Assembly: GCA_963667015.2 (NCBI GenBank)
Contig: CAXXJJ010000001.1
Location: forward strand, 2,048,001-2,112,000
Source: Desulfatiglandales bacterium
Lineage (GTDB): Bacteria > Desulfobacterota > DSM-4660 > Desulfatiglandales > HGW-15
Reading direction: 5' to 3'
DNA length: 64,000 bases
Under the pieces are notes generated by a model, which saw only the letters and a program-made list of their open reading frames with translations, ran no database searches and was not told where the DNA came from. Below are positions 19,811 to 30,700 of this stretch, piece after piece. A program made the position numbers and the translations under genes. Within the stretch, counting starts at the first letter, position 1. Each line of letters begins with the position of its first letter.

Positions 19811-21079
19811 ATGGGAAAAAAAATATTAATACTGCAGGTTGCCGGTCTTTCAAAAGAGGTAAATATAAATGGGTTGAGGTTTCAAAAGACCCAGAGTGTT
19901 TTCCCTGCCGTAACCTGTACTGTTCAGGCGAGTTTCAGAACTGCATCTCTGCCGTCAGATCATGGAATGATAGCTAATGGAATCTATTTAAGAGATTTGA
20001 GGAAACCTCTATTCTGGGAGCAGTCTTCCTGTCTGGTCAAAGGTAAAAGGATATGGGAAGATTTTCGGAGGCGCGGAAAAAAAGTCGCCTTACTTTTCTG
20101 GCAGCAGAGTCTTGGAGAGGATGCCGATATAATCCTTTCACCCGCCCCGATACATAAACATCATGGTGGGATGATACAGGCCTTTTACAGTAAACCTGAT
20201 AATTACTATGAGAAGCTCTGCAGGAAGATTGGAGGAAAATTCAAACTTTCCAGATACTGGGGCCCCATGGCGTCCTGGAAAGTGGGGGATTGGATAGCAA
20301 AAGCAGTTGTAGAGACCATAAAAAATAATGAGGTAGCACCTGACCTGTGCATGGCTTATCTCCCGACGCTGGATTATGATCTCCAAAGGAAATGCCCTGA
20401 TAATAAGCTGGAATATGATGAAATTCTTGCTAAGGCGGTAAACCAGTTAAATGAAATATACAGCGAAGCCGTTTCTGCAAACTATGATGTAATTATATTC
20501 GGGGATTATGATATAAAACCTGCATCAGGAGCGGTATTGCCTAATCTGGCGCTAAAGAATGCGGATCTGATGAAAGTCAGGTATGTAGCAGGTATGGCGT
20601 ATCCTGATTTTTATACAAGCAAGGCGTTTGCCGTTGTTGATCATGAAGTAGCTCATGTCTATACACAGAATGACTCAATTCAAGAGACGTATGATGTGCT
20701 GGCTAAGCTGCCCGGTGTGGGAAGGGTGTTAGACAGGGCTGCTCAACAGGAGATGGGTATCGCGCATAAAAACAGCGGTGAACTTGTAATAGCTGCTGAA
20801 CAGGGAAAATGGTTTGCGTACCCCTGGTGGGAAGGGAAGAAAAATGCCCCTGATTACTCTACACATGTGGATATCCATAACAAGCCGGGGTATGATCCAT
20901 GCGAGCTTTTCTGGGGATGGCCGCCGGGATCTGTAAGTCTTGATACGCGGAAAATTCGAGGTTCTCATGGTTTAACTGGCCCAGGGCGCGAAGTAGTATG
21001 GGCCTCGACACGGCCTTTAGAAGATAATATTAACTCACTTATCGACTTATCAAGAGCAGTCCAAAAACTGCTGGATTAG
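19811..21079 (+). CDS. eboF: Alkaline-phosphatase/nucleotide pyrophosphatase family protein, EboF-like
   Basis: FPAVTCTVQ, HGMIANG, YLPTLDYDLQR, AFAVVDHEVAHVY, VDIHNKPGYDPCELF, IRGSHG. Confidence 0.85.
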   Translation: MGKKILILQVAGLSKEVNINGLRFQKTQSVFPAVTCTVQASFRTASLPSDHGMIANGIYLRDLRKPLFWEQSSCLVKGKRIWEDFRRRGKKVALLFWQQSLGEDADIILSPAPIHKHHGGMIQAFYSKPDNYYEKLCRKIGGKFKLSRYWGPMASWKVGDWIAKAVVETIKNNEVAPDLCMAYLPTLDYDLQRKCPDNKLEYDEILAKAVNQLNEIYSEAVSANYDVIIFGDYDIKPASGAVLPNLALKNADLMKVRYVAGMAYPDFYTSKAFAVVDHEVAHVYTQNDSIQETYDVLAKLPGVGRVLDRAAQQEMGIAHKNSGELVIAAEQGKWFAYPWWEGKKNAPDYSTHVDIHNKPGYDPCELFWGWPPGSVSLDTRKIRGSHGLTGPGREVVWASTRPLEDNINSLIDLSRAVQKLLD

Positions 21080-21094
21080 TTCGACTTTTAAAGA

Positions 21095-22309
21095 TTGGAA
21101 CATATTGGAGAAATGAATACTACAACTACGGAATGTTATAATCAAGACTTCACAATCAGGTATGAGTATCCTGTGTATTTCAGTAAAAATATTTTCAGTT
21201 ATGAAAACGAATTGCTGGCATCGGTTATTAAACGATATAACGAGGACAGAATTCACAGGTTGATAATTTTTATTGATGACGGTGTCGTAAAAGCCTTTCC
21301 TGATTTAATAGAAAATATCAGGGAGTATTTTAAAGGCCGAAGTGAAAAATTCAGCCTTATAGAAGAAATAGTTATTTTACCCGGAGGTGAGAAATCCAAA
21401 GGAAATTGGGATTCAGCACAGAAGACAATTGAAAAGATTACTGAACATCATATTTGCAGGCAGAGTTTTGTAATCGCGATTGGTGGCGGAAGCATTCTTG
21501 ATATTGTCGGATTTGCTGCAAGTCTGGTGCATCGGGGTGTGAGGCTAATTCGCATCCCAACAACTGTTCTTTCCCAGAATGACGCTGGAATAGGTGTTAA
21601 AAATGGTGTTGATGGATACGGTGTAAAAAATCTAACTGGTACTTTTGCTCCGCCCTTTGCAGTTTTGAATGATTATTCTTTTCTAAAAACGCTTGAACCT
21701 GATTACTGGTTAGGAGGTGCCTCTGAAGCCTTTAAGGTCGCAATAATAAAAGACCGCGATTTTTTTGCGTTTCTGTCAGAAAAAGCGAGTGCTTTGAAGA
21801 ATAGAGATGAGACTGTTATGGAGGAAGTCATAAAACGCTGTGCGATCCTCCATCTTGATCACATACGCACATCAGGAGATCCCTTTGAATTCGGATCCGC
21901 AAGGCCACTTGATTTCGGTCACTGGAGCGGGCATAAACTTGAGGCATTGTCCGGATATAAAATAGGACATGGACAGGGGGTATCACTTGGGATTGCTCTT
22001 GATACCCGATATGCCTTTCTTGCGGGCCTGCTCAGCGAACAGGAATCTTTTAAGATAATCGATGCTCTCTACTGTTCCGGCCTTCCTATATGGACTGATC
22101 TATTTGAAGCGATTAATGGTGATGGTGAGTTCGAGATAATTAAGGGAATAAATGATTTCCGTGAGCACCTTGGAGGTCAACTGACCATTACATTACCGGA
22201 CGGTATCGGTGCAAGAGTCGAAGTTCATGAAATGAATCTGGACCTTGTTAAACAGGCTGTAGCAGATTTAAAAATGATTTTTAAAAGAAAAAGAGCTCAG
22301 AGTGAATAG
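21095..22309 (+). CDS. eboD: 3-dehydroquinate-synthase-like sugar-phosphate cyclase, EboD-like
   Basis: PGGEKSK, AIGGGSILD, IPTTVLSQNDAGIGVKNG, GTFAPPFAVLND, DPFEFGSARPLDFGHWSGHKLE, FREHLGGQLTITL. Confidence 0.88.
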   Translation: MEHIGEMNTTTTECYNQDFTIRYEYPVYFSKNIFSYENELLASVIKRYNEDRIHRLIIFIDDGVVKAFPDLIENIREYFKGRSEKFSLIEEIVILPGGEKSKGNWDSAQKTIEKITEHHICRQSFVIAIGGGSILDIVGFAASLVHRGVRLIRIPTTVLSQNDAGIGVKNGVDGYGVKNLTGTFAPPFAVLNDYSFLKTLEPDYWLGGASEAFKVAIIKDRDFFAFLSEKASALKNRDETVMEEVIKRCAILHLDHIRTSGDPFEFGSARPLDFGHWSGHKLEALSGYKIGHGQGVSLGIALDTRYAFLAGLLSEQESFKIIDALYCSGLPIWTDLFEAINGDGEFEIIKGINDFREHLGGQLTITLPDGIGARVEVHEMNLDLVKQAVADLKMIFKRKRAQSE

Positions 22310-23529
22310 TGCAAATATTAAATAACCCTGATATCCATCTTACTTATTGTCTTAATATTCATCCTGGAGAGACCTGGGATGAAGTGTTAAAATCAATATC
22401 TGAATATACACTTAAAGTTCGTGACCAGGTATCTCCCGTCCATCCCTTTGGTATCGGATTGCGTTTAAGCCGGATTGCTACAGATACCCTCATTGAGTCT
22501 GATAATCTCGATAGTTTTAAGACATTTATGGATGAGAATAGCCTGTATGTTTTTACGATAAATGGTTTTCCCTATGGAAATTTTCACAAAGTACACCTCA
22601 AAAAAGAAGTTTATCAGCCGGATTGGCTTACGGACGAAAGGGTTGTATACACAAAACAGCTAATACATATTTTATCGCGTATACTTCTAAAGGGGATACC
22701 TGGCAGCATAAGTACAGTGCCGATTTCTTTTAAGGCATGGATCAAAAAGGAATCTGATTTGATGAGGGCAGTTAGTAATCTTGTTATCTGTGTTTCTCAG
22801 CTAAATCAAGTTTATATCGAACAGGGTAAAGATATATGTATCGGGCTTGAGCCTGAACCCGGCTGCTATCTGGAAACCACAGACGAGACGATCTCATTCT
22901 GTAAAAACACCCTGTTGAAATATGGCAAGCCCATGCTTTCAGAAATAATAGGATGTTCAGAAGGGGATGCTGAAAAGATTATTCTGCGTCATATTGGTAT
23001 TTGTTTTGATACGTGTCATATGTCAATACAATTTGAGAATCTGTCTCAAAAAATAAGGCTTCTCAAAGAAAATGGAATCCGGCTGGCAAAGATCCAGATA
23101 AGTTCAGCTTTAAAAACAACTTATCCCCAAAAGGCAATCGATATATTGAAAACATTTGATGAACCGGTTTATCTGCATCAGGTGAAAACGAAGAATATAA
23201 ATGGTGAATATGGATATTTTGATGATTTATCGGACGCGATTGAAAATTTCAGAAGGACACCGGATAATGTCGAAGAAGCCAGAATCCATTTTCACGTACC
23301 ACTTCATTTTGATGGTGATCAAAACCTGTACTCGACCTTTGATGATTTAGATGAAAGTTTTTTTAAAGAAGTCACAAGGTGTGAGTGCTCAAACCTTGAA
23401 ATTGAGACTTATACTTTTAATGTTTCACCTGAAAAGGTGAAAAAGTTAAATGTTGTTGACAGTATTGCTGGTGAAATAAAATTAATCGTAGAAAATATAA
23501 AAAACAGCATGACCAGTCACCCTGTCTAA
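22309..23529 (+). CDS. eboE: Metabolite traffic protein EboE (TIM barrel)
   Basis: HLTYCLNIHPGETW, FTINGFPYGNFH, VYQPDW, LEPEPGC, DTCH, KIQISSA, EPVYLHQV, RIHFHVPL, LEIETYT; GTG start overlaps eboD stop. Confidence 0.92.
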   Translation: MQILNNPDIHLTYCLNIHPGETWDEVLKSISEYTLKVRDQVSPVHPFGIGLRLSRIATDTLIESDNLDSFKTFMDENSLYVFTINGFPYGNFHKVHLKKEVYQPDWLTDERVVYTKQLIHILSRILLKGIPGSISTVPISFKAWIKKESDLMRAVSNLVICVSQLNQVYIEQGKDICIGLEPEPGCYLETTDETISFCKNTLLKYGKPMLSEIIGCSEGDAEKIILRHIGICFDTCHMSIQFENLSQKIRLLKENGIRLAKIQISSALKTTYPQKAIDILKTFDEPVYLHQVKTKNINGEYGYFDDLSDAIENFRRTPDNVEEARIHFHVPLHFDGDQNLYSTFDDLDESFFKEVTRCECSNLEIETYTFNVSPEKVKKLNVVDSIAGEIKLIVENIKNSMTSHPV

Positions 23530-23641
23530 CTCAATTAATCGAATTAAAGTAAATATATTATTGGGTAGGCAACTGTATGAAAGATCTGTTTGAGAACAGT
23601 GGTGTGTAAAAATTATCACTAAAAATCTTTTAAAAAAATAA

Positions 23642-23670
23642 TTGACACCTGTGTCAAAATTTCCTATATT
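23642..23670 (+). promoter_or_regulatory. sigma70 promoter with overlapping palindromic operator
   Basis: TTGACA(23642-47)-N17-TATATT(23665-70); TTGACAC-CT-GTGTCAA palindrome covers the -35. Confidence 0.6.
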
Positions 23671-23927
23671 GGCAACTGTAGCAAATCCCATCGATTTACC
23701 ATGTTTTAATTCACACTAATTTACACCTATAGCTTATTTCCTCTTTTGTGGATACAAACCTCCATGCCGTCAGTCGGTTAATTCTGACAGGCGAGATAAT
23801 TGGGGTTTATCACCTTTGGTCATAAAGCTTTGTGTGATTTTTTGATCCTATTTTTGTAGAATTGCCGATATTTCAGAGATTTTCGAAATATTGTCTCCGA
23901 TTCTGCCAGAGCAGAAACAATATTTTT

Positions 23928-24659
23928 ATGGATAATATGCTGAACATGAAATCTTTAAGTCATATAAAAAAATATATAGTCATTATTACAGGTTTGATGC
24001 TGTTAATTTCTATCAGTTTGTATTCACAGGAGCAGCCGTCACCTCCCAGTGAAACACAAAGAAAAGGCGCGGTACCTCCTATAAAAAAAATCGGTAAAGG
24101 TCTTTTTGAGGTTGGAGGAATCCTTATTAACAAGAATGAAATCAGTATTACCTTCCCGGCAATAATCAATATGGAGAAAGGAATAATAGAGTATGCGATT
24201 GTCAGGTCAACAGGCAAAACACATGAAAGCTTGTTGCGAACAAACATTGATCCTTTTCATCTGAATATCTGTTTTCTGCTGCTTGGTTTTAAAGGATCAA
24301 ACAATCCGTTAAACGAACAGGGGGCTTCAGAGATTCCGGGTGGGGATAAATTAGAGATATATATTTCATACAATACGGGTAATGCAAATAAAACTGTTAA
24401 AATGGACAGTTTTATAGAGAAAGAAGATGGAGAAGGGAGATCCCATGTTTCCCTGAATTGGGTGTACACTGGTTCACTTATTGTACAGGGTACCTTTCTT
24501 GCCCAGGAGCAGGGATCAATAGCTGCGGTTTACCATGATCCGACAGCCCTTATAGATCACACTACTCCGGGAGGAGATAGTGACGAGATCTGGTTTGTTA
24601 ACGGAAAAACAACGCCACATGCTGGAACACATGTAAAAGTTATTATCAAAGGGAAATAA
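23928..24659 (+). CDS. Secreted YdjY-like domain protein (copy 2)
   Basis: Paralog of 15780-16508 (IEYAIVRSTGKTHESLLRT, WVYTGS, YHDPTALID). Start uncertain: track gives TTG 23862; ATG 23928 or 23946 more likely. Confidence 0.6.
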   Translation: MDNMLNMKSLSHIKKYIVIITGLMLLISISLYSQEQPSPPSETQRKGAVPPIKKIGKGLFEVGGILINKNEISITFPAIINMEKGIIEYAIVRSTGKTHESLLRTNIDPFHLNICFLLLGFKGSNNPLNEQGASEIPGGDKLEIYISYNTGNANKTVKMDSFIEKEDGEGRSHVSLNWVYTGSLIVQGTFLAQEQGSIAAVYHDPTALIDHTTPGGDSDEIWFVNGKTTPHAGTHVKVIIKGK

Positions 24660-24769
24660 TGCCATGTCCGTAAGGTCAGATTCAGTTTAGCAAATTAACA
24701 TATGAAGGATCAGGCGGGGTTATTACATACCTGCTCTGAAAAATCATAAATATTCAGCAAAGAGGAAAA

Positions 24770-27700
24770 TTGAATATGGAAACCGGGAAAACAATATATG
24801 GTTTTATCATAAGAATTATCGCTATCTTTATAATCTTTCAGGGTATTATGATTATGACTTTGTGCACGACTGCGTTGGCAACACCTCCAAAAGTAATATG
24901 TGTTCCGCAGCTACCCTCAGACCTTCTTGTACCCCATGAGACATGGCCTGGCAAATCAACTCTGCTAAAGGGTATTGCAAGGGATACGGATAATAATCTG
25001 ACAGGCGGAACATATTACTGGAATTTTGGTGACGGAACACAGTCAACGCCTCAAAGTATCAGCAACTCGGATAATCTTGCTGCTTCACATACATACACAT
25101 CAGATCCAGGGACACTTATCGTAGCCCGGCTGCATGTAACCGATGCAGCCGGAGAAACATCCTCTGACGACTATAGGGTTATCGTCAAAGTAAAAACCCT
25201 TGATATAGAAGTAAATAAAGCAATTGATGATGCCTTATGGTGGTTGTATAGAAATAAACAGGTCTCCTCCGTTACCGGCTATTACTGGCAGAATAGTCCT
25301 GCATCAAGATATACGGGTTACTATGCCAATTCAACAGCCTCTGCGGTCCAGGCCTTTGAAATCAACGGATATCTTGAGACAAATGACCCTGACGAAGACC
25401 CCTATGCAACCGTTGTGAAAGAAGGTATAGACTTCCTGATGACCCGTCTTACAACGTATAACATGTCACTTCAGGGTGGTCAGAATCCTGACTCAAACGG
25501 GAATGGAATTGGAATTTCGGTAACCGGGGATCGTCAAATATATGAAACCGGCGCGGTAATGGATGCCCTGGTTGCCTCTGGTACGCCTAATGCCGTATCG
25601 CGGACAGGCGGCACAAATATTGTCGGCCGTCGATATCAGGATCTTGTCCAGGATATGGTAGATATGTATGCCTGGGGACAGGTCGACTCAGGAAGCTACC
25701 GAGGGGGCTGGAGATACTCATGGGGCTCGCAATCTGACAATTCAGCTGCCCAGTGGGCTGCCATTGGAATGATAGCAGCAGAAAGACATTTTGGCTGTAC
25801 TGTACCTCAATGGGTAAAGGATCAGAATAATATATGGCTCAACTACAGCGATAGCAGTTCCGGATTCGGATATACCGGCTCCGGAAGTGGCTGGGGAACA
25901 ACGCCTTCCGGCATGGTCCAGCTGACTTTTGATGATATGGATACAAGTGATATAAGATGGCAGAGGTCAGAAAACTATATAGCAAATAACTGGAGTTCAT
26001 TTAAAAATTACTATGGAAGCAACCGGATAGCATATGGACATTTTGCCTTTGCCAAGGCTATGCGCCTGGCGCTGCCGAATGAAATTACAAACCTTTCGGC
26101 TACCGGTCTGGATTGGTATGGTGACGAAACTAACGGTCTTGCAAGGCATCTGGTTAATGGGCAGACCTCAAGCGGTTACTGGAACGAATATGACTATGTA
26201 GGTAGAAGGACCGCTACAGCCTGGGCTGTTATTATTCTTACCCGCACACTTTTTGAAAAACCTCCGGTTGCAGTTATTAATGCAGGTCCCAACCACGGCG
26301 CAATTGGTCAGGAGATTACTCTCGACGGTAGCGAATCCTATCATGTTGACCCTGCCAAAGATATTGTGGAATATCTCTGGGACTTTGACGACTCCGACGG
26401 GGTTGATTTTGATCATCCGGACGCTGCTGGAGTTGAAGCGTTAGCTACATATGGCGCACTTGGCGATTATAAGGTCTCTCTCAAGGTAGTGGATAACAGT
26501 ACTCCCGAGAGGTTTGACATATCTACATATACTGTTCATATTACAATTCCTCCTCATCCTCCTACCGCCGTTGTCGGAGGTCCTTATATAGCCGCTGTTG
26601 GCGAAGGTGTTTCAGTTAACGGATCGGGTTCTTATGATGTTGATGAGGGAGAAGGAGACAGTCTGATTGCCTGGGATTGGGAGTCGGATTTTATTGCCCC
26701 CTATAATTTTGGTGAGTCCAGTGGTGAAACTGCTGTCCTTCCTGCCTTTACCGAGCAGGGTCACAAGGATATCGCACTTCGTGTAACAGACAATACGGAA
26801 GTTGCTTTTCCAGGTTCAGGATCACCAAATCTCACCAATATTGGTTATGGAAAGGTAACTGTATACAAAGTTGGTGTTACTGATCTCTATGGAAGAACAA
26901 AGGGAGAATTGTGCCAGCTTGTGTGGACTCATATTAATGTAGATAATTATGAAGTACTAAGATCAGAAACAGGTGCAAACTATGGTTATGAGTTGATAGG
27001 TACGACTAGTTCGACATATTCTACATATTTGGACCTTAATGTATTACTTTATAAGGATTACTGGTACCGAATACGAGCCGAAGTCGATGGCGAGATAACC
27101 CTTTCAGCGCCTATCCATATATATTCAGTTGGAAGAATCAGAAATCTGCCACCGCAAATTACTTCTACTCCGATAACACAAGCGCAGGAAGACTCTCTGT
27201 ATGAATATGATGTTGATGCGACAGATCCAGAAGGTACAGCAATTACATATCTTATGGATATGGCGCCGGACGGAATGGTTATAGACGCCTCTACAGGATT
27301 CATAACCTGGACTCCCTCAATGGATCAACTTGGACTCCACGAAGTAATGGTGAGAGCAAACGATGAAGACGGAAGATCAGTAACACAGTTTTTTCAGATT
27401 GTAGTTCAACCAAGGCCAAACCTGGCACCGGTTTCAAACCCGGCCGGTCCATACAGCTCCATTATAAACGAACAAATACTGCTGGACGGCACGGGCTCAT
27501 CCGATCCGGAGGGAGATACTATAGCAGACTACCACTGGGTATTCGGTGATGGAACTGACGGGCACGGGTCGACAATTATTCATGCATATACTGCAGCAGG
27601 AATCTATACTGTTACTCTTTATGTAACAGACTCGCGCGGGGCAACAAGTCACAGTGAGACCTCCTGCCAGGTAGAGCTGCCTAACAGGCTGCCTACTGCA

Positions 27701-30700
27701 AACGCAGGAGGCCCATATGAAGGAGAAGAAGGTTTTGCCGTAGAGTTTGACGGTACCCAGTCCTATGATCCGGATGCAGATCCTCTCACCTATACCTGGA
27801 ATTTCGGTGACAGTACACCTGCCGAAACAGGTATTCAGGTAAGTCATATATATGCTGCAGAAGGAGACTATAATGTATCCCTCAGCGTTGAAGACGGCCA
27901 GGGCGGTCTTGACAGCACAACGGTTGATATCCATATAGGTCAGCCAAACCAGGCTCCTTCCGCCACGTTTACACATACAGGGCTTCCGGTATCACTTGAA
28001 ACAATAACATTTGACGGCCGTGATTCATCTGATCCTGATGGAAATATCGTAAGTTATGCATGGGATTTTAACGATGGTATGACCACAACAGGACCCTATG
28101 TGACCCATGCATTTCCTGCTGATGGCTCCTATACTGTATCACTTACCGTGAAGGACAATAAAGGAGCCGAGACTGTATACAGCGAGGTATTAAATATCTC
28201 AGCCAATCAGGCTCCACAGGCTGTCCTCAATGTAATGGGTAATTTAAGGGAAGGTGAAACAGTAACCTTTACAGCCGCCGGATCTACAGATCCTGAAGGT
28301 GGTGTACTCACATATGAGTGGGATTTTGGTGACGGTAACACTGCAACAGGCCTGGAAGTGGATTATGTTTTCACCTCTCCTGATCTTTACACAGTTACAT
28401 TAGAGGTGACCGATCATGTGGGTATCGCCACAACAGAAACCACTGATGTAAGTATTTCATCAGCCTCGGGTCCGGTTGCGGTCCTGAGTGCAAGCGGACA
28501 GATTGTTATAAACGAATCCATTAATTTTGACGGCTCAGCTTCATACGACCTGAGCGGTGGAAGCATAGTAAGTTATGTATGGGATTTTGGCGACGGTAAT
28601 ACTTCAACCGGAGCTGTTACTTCCCATGCCTACAGCAGTACAGGTATCTATCAGCTGACCCTCACGGTAACAGACAATGACGGGATCAACTCAACCGGTA
28701 TTCTGTCGCTTAACATAGGAACAAACCAGCCTCCGCAGGCCCTGTTCGGATATTCCGGGCAGATGGTTGTGCAGGGTATAATAAACTTTAATGCATCCTC
28801 TTCATACGATCCTGAGGGCCATGCCCTTACATATGCATGGGATTTTGGGGACAGCAGCGCAGACACTATTGTTAATCCGAGTCATTCCTATAGTGCTGAA
28901 GGAGACTATACAGTAACACTCACCGTAACGGATAACCTGGGTCAGAGCGATACAACCACCAGGCTGATGCATATTGCTCCGCTTTCAGGGCTCCAGGCAG
29001 CATTCAACGTAACCGGTGAATATCTGGTCGGTTCGGAAATTTCATTTGATGCCGGAGCATCTACAGCGCCGAGTGGAAGAACCATAGTATCCTATGACTG
29101 GGATTTTGGTGACACAACTACAGCCGCCGGTATTCAGACTTCACACATTTTTACTGCAAACGGTCAGTACAATGTCGGTCTTCGTATTACGGATGACCAG
29201 GGAGCCTGGAGTGAAGCAAGTCTCTTGTTAACCATCTCTGATGTGCCAAACAATGATCCTTCGGTTGATATCGAATATGCCCCGGCAATGTGGCTGGAAA
29301 ACATGCAGATCGATTTCTCAGCCTCAGGAACAGATCCTGACGGGGACACACTTGCCTATGGATGGGATTTCGGTGACGGAAATATCGCAGCAGGAGCTCA
29401 GGCAGGCCACACATACACTGCCGCCGGAATATACGATGTAACGGTTACGGTTGATGACAGCCGCGGCGGAATAGCTACTGATACAGTTCAGGTTGAGATC
29501 ATTGAAGCTCCAACAGAAAATGTAGCACCTGTTGCCATAGTTAACGGCTCCCCACAGGCAAATATGGGTGAAGTAGCTGTATTTGATGCATCTTCATCAT
29601 ATGATTTAAACTGGGATGCACTGACCTACTCCTGGGATTTTGGAGACAGCACAACAGGTTCAGGAGTTGCACCATCTCATACCTATACAGAGGGAGGTTT
29701 CTATACACTTACACTTACGGTCGAAGATCCTTCCGGCCTTACAGATACAGCCTCAATGCAGGTAAGGGTTGCTGATCCTTCAGATACAACATCGCCTGAT
29801 GCAGATCTTGATGATGATGACTGCGTGGATGTAACAGACCTCTATACAATCACCGGATCAGTCTATGATGAAAACGGTGTTGTTTATAAGCTTCAATTAA
29901 GAGAGCAGGGGACCTCCACCTGGGTAACATTTGCAGAGGGTGAAGGAACGGATATAACCGGTGATCTCGGTCTGTTTGACCCCAGTGTTCTTAAAAACGG
30001 TATATATGAAATCCGCCTGCATGCAGAAGATCTGGCCGGGAATGTCACAATAGATACCGGCTGCATGGTAGTTGACGGAGAGCTTAAGCTTGGGCAGGTA
30101 ATTCTTCCTGTTGAGGATATTAATATTCCAAACCAGGGATTCCCGCTGAGCCTTGTAAGAGAATATGACAGCAGGTCAACTGAAGGTGATTTTGGACCGG
30201 GATGGAGCTTGCCCACATCTGATGTAAAACCTGCAGTTACCTCACCTCCGGGCGAGGGCTGGGACCAGGAAGAGAGAGGCAGTTTTTTCCCGACCTATTA
30301 CCTGATCCAGAAGAAACGTCATGATGTTGTTATCAGTTTCAGTGATTCGGAAGTTTACAGGTTTAAGGTTGATGTTAACCCGAAATCAAGTGTTCTTATC
30401 CCCTTTGGTGATCATGTACCGTTGACAGTGAGTTATAAACCTGTTGATGATACCCAAGGCAGCCTTGTTGCTCTTGACGCTGACCCGAATGTTATGATGA
30501 TTAATTATGAGCTGTTGGAGTATGGTGTTGATCCTTATAATCCAACAAAGTATAGACTCACCAGGGTTGACGGAACACAGTATGTGATCTCGGAAGACGG
30601 AATCGAAAGTATGACCGACCCCTATGGCAACTCAGTCTCCTATGATAATGACGGGATTCATCACTCTTCCGGTGCCAGCCTTGTTTTTGACCGCGGTGCC

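Noticed and set aside
21095..22309. Calling this aroB
   Set aside because: SARPLDFGHW and FREHLGG motifs plus ebo context indicate the EboD subfamily; no shikimate genes adjacent
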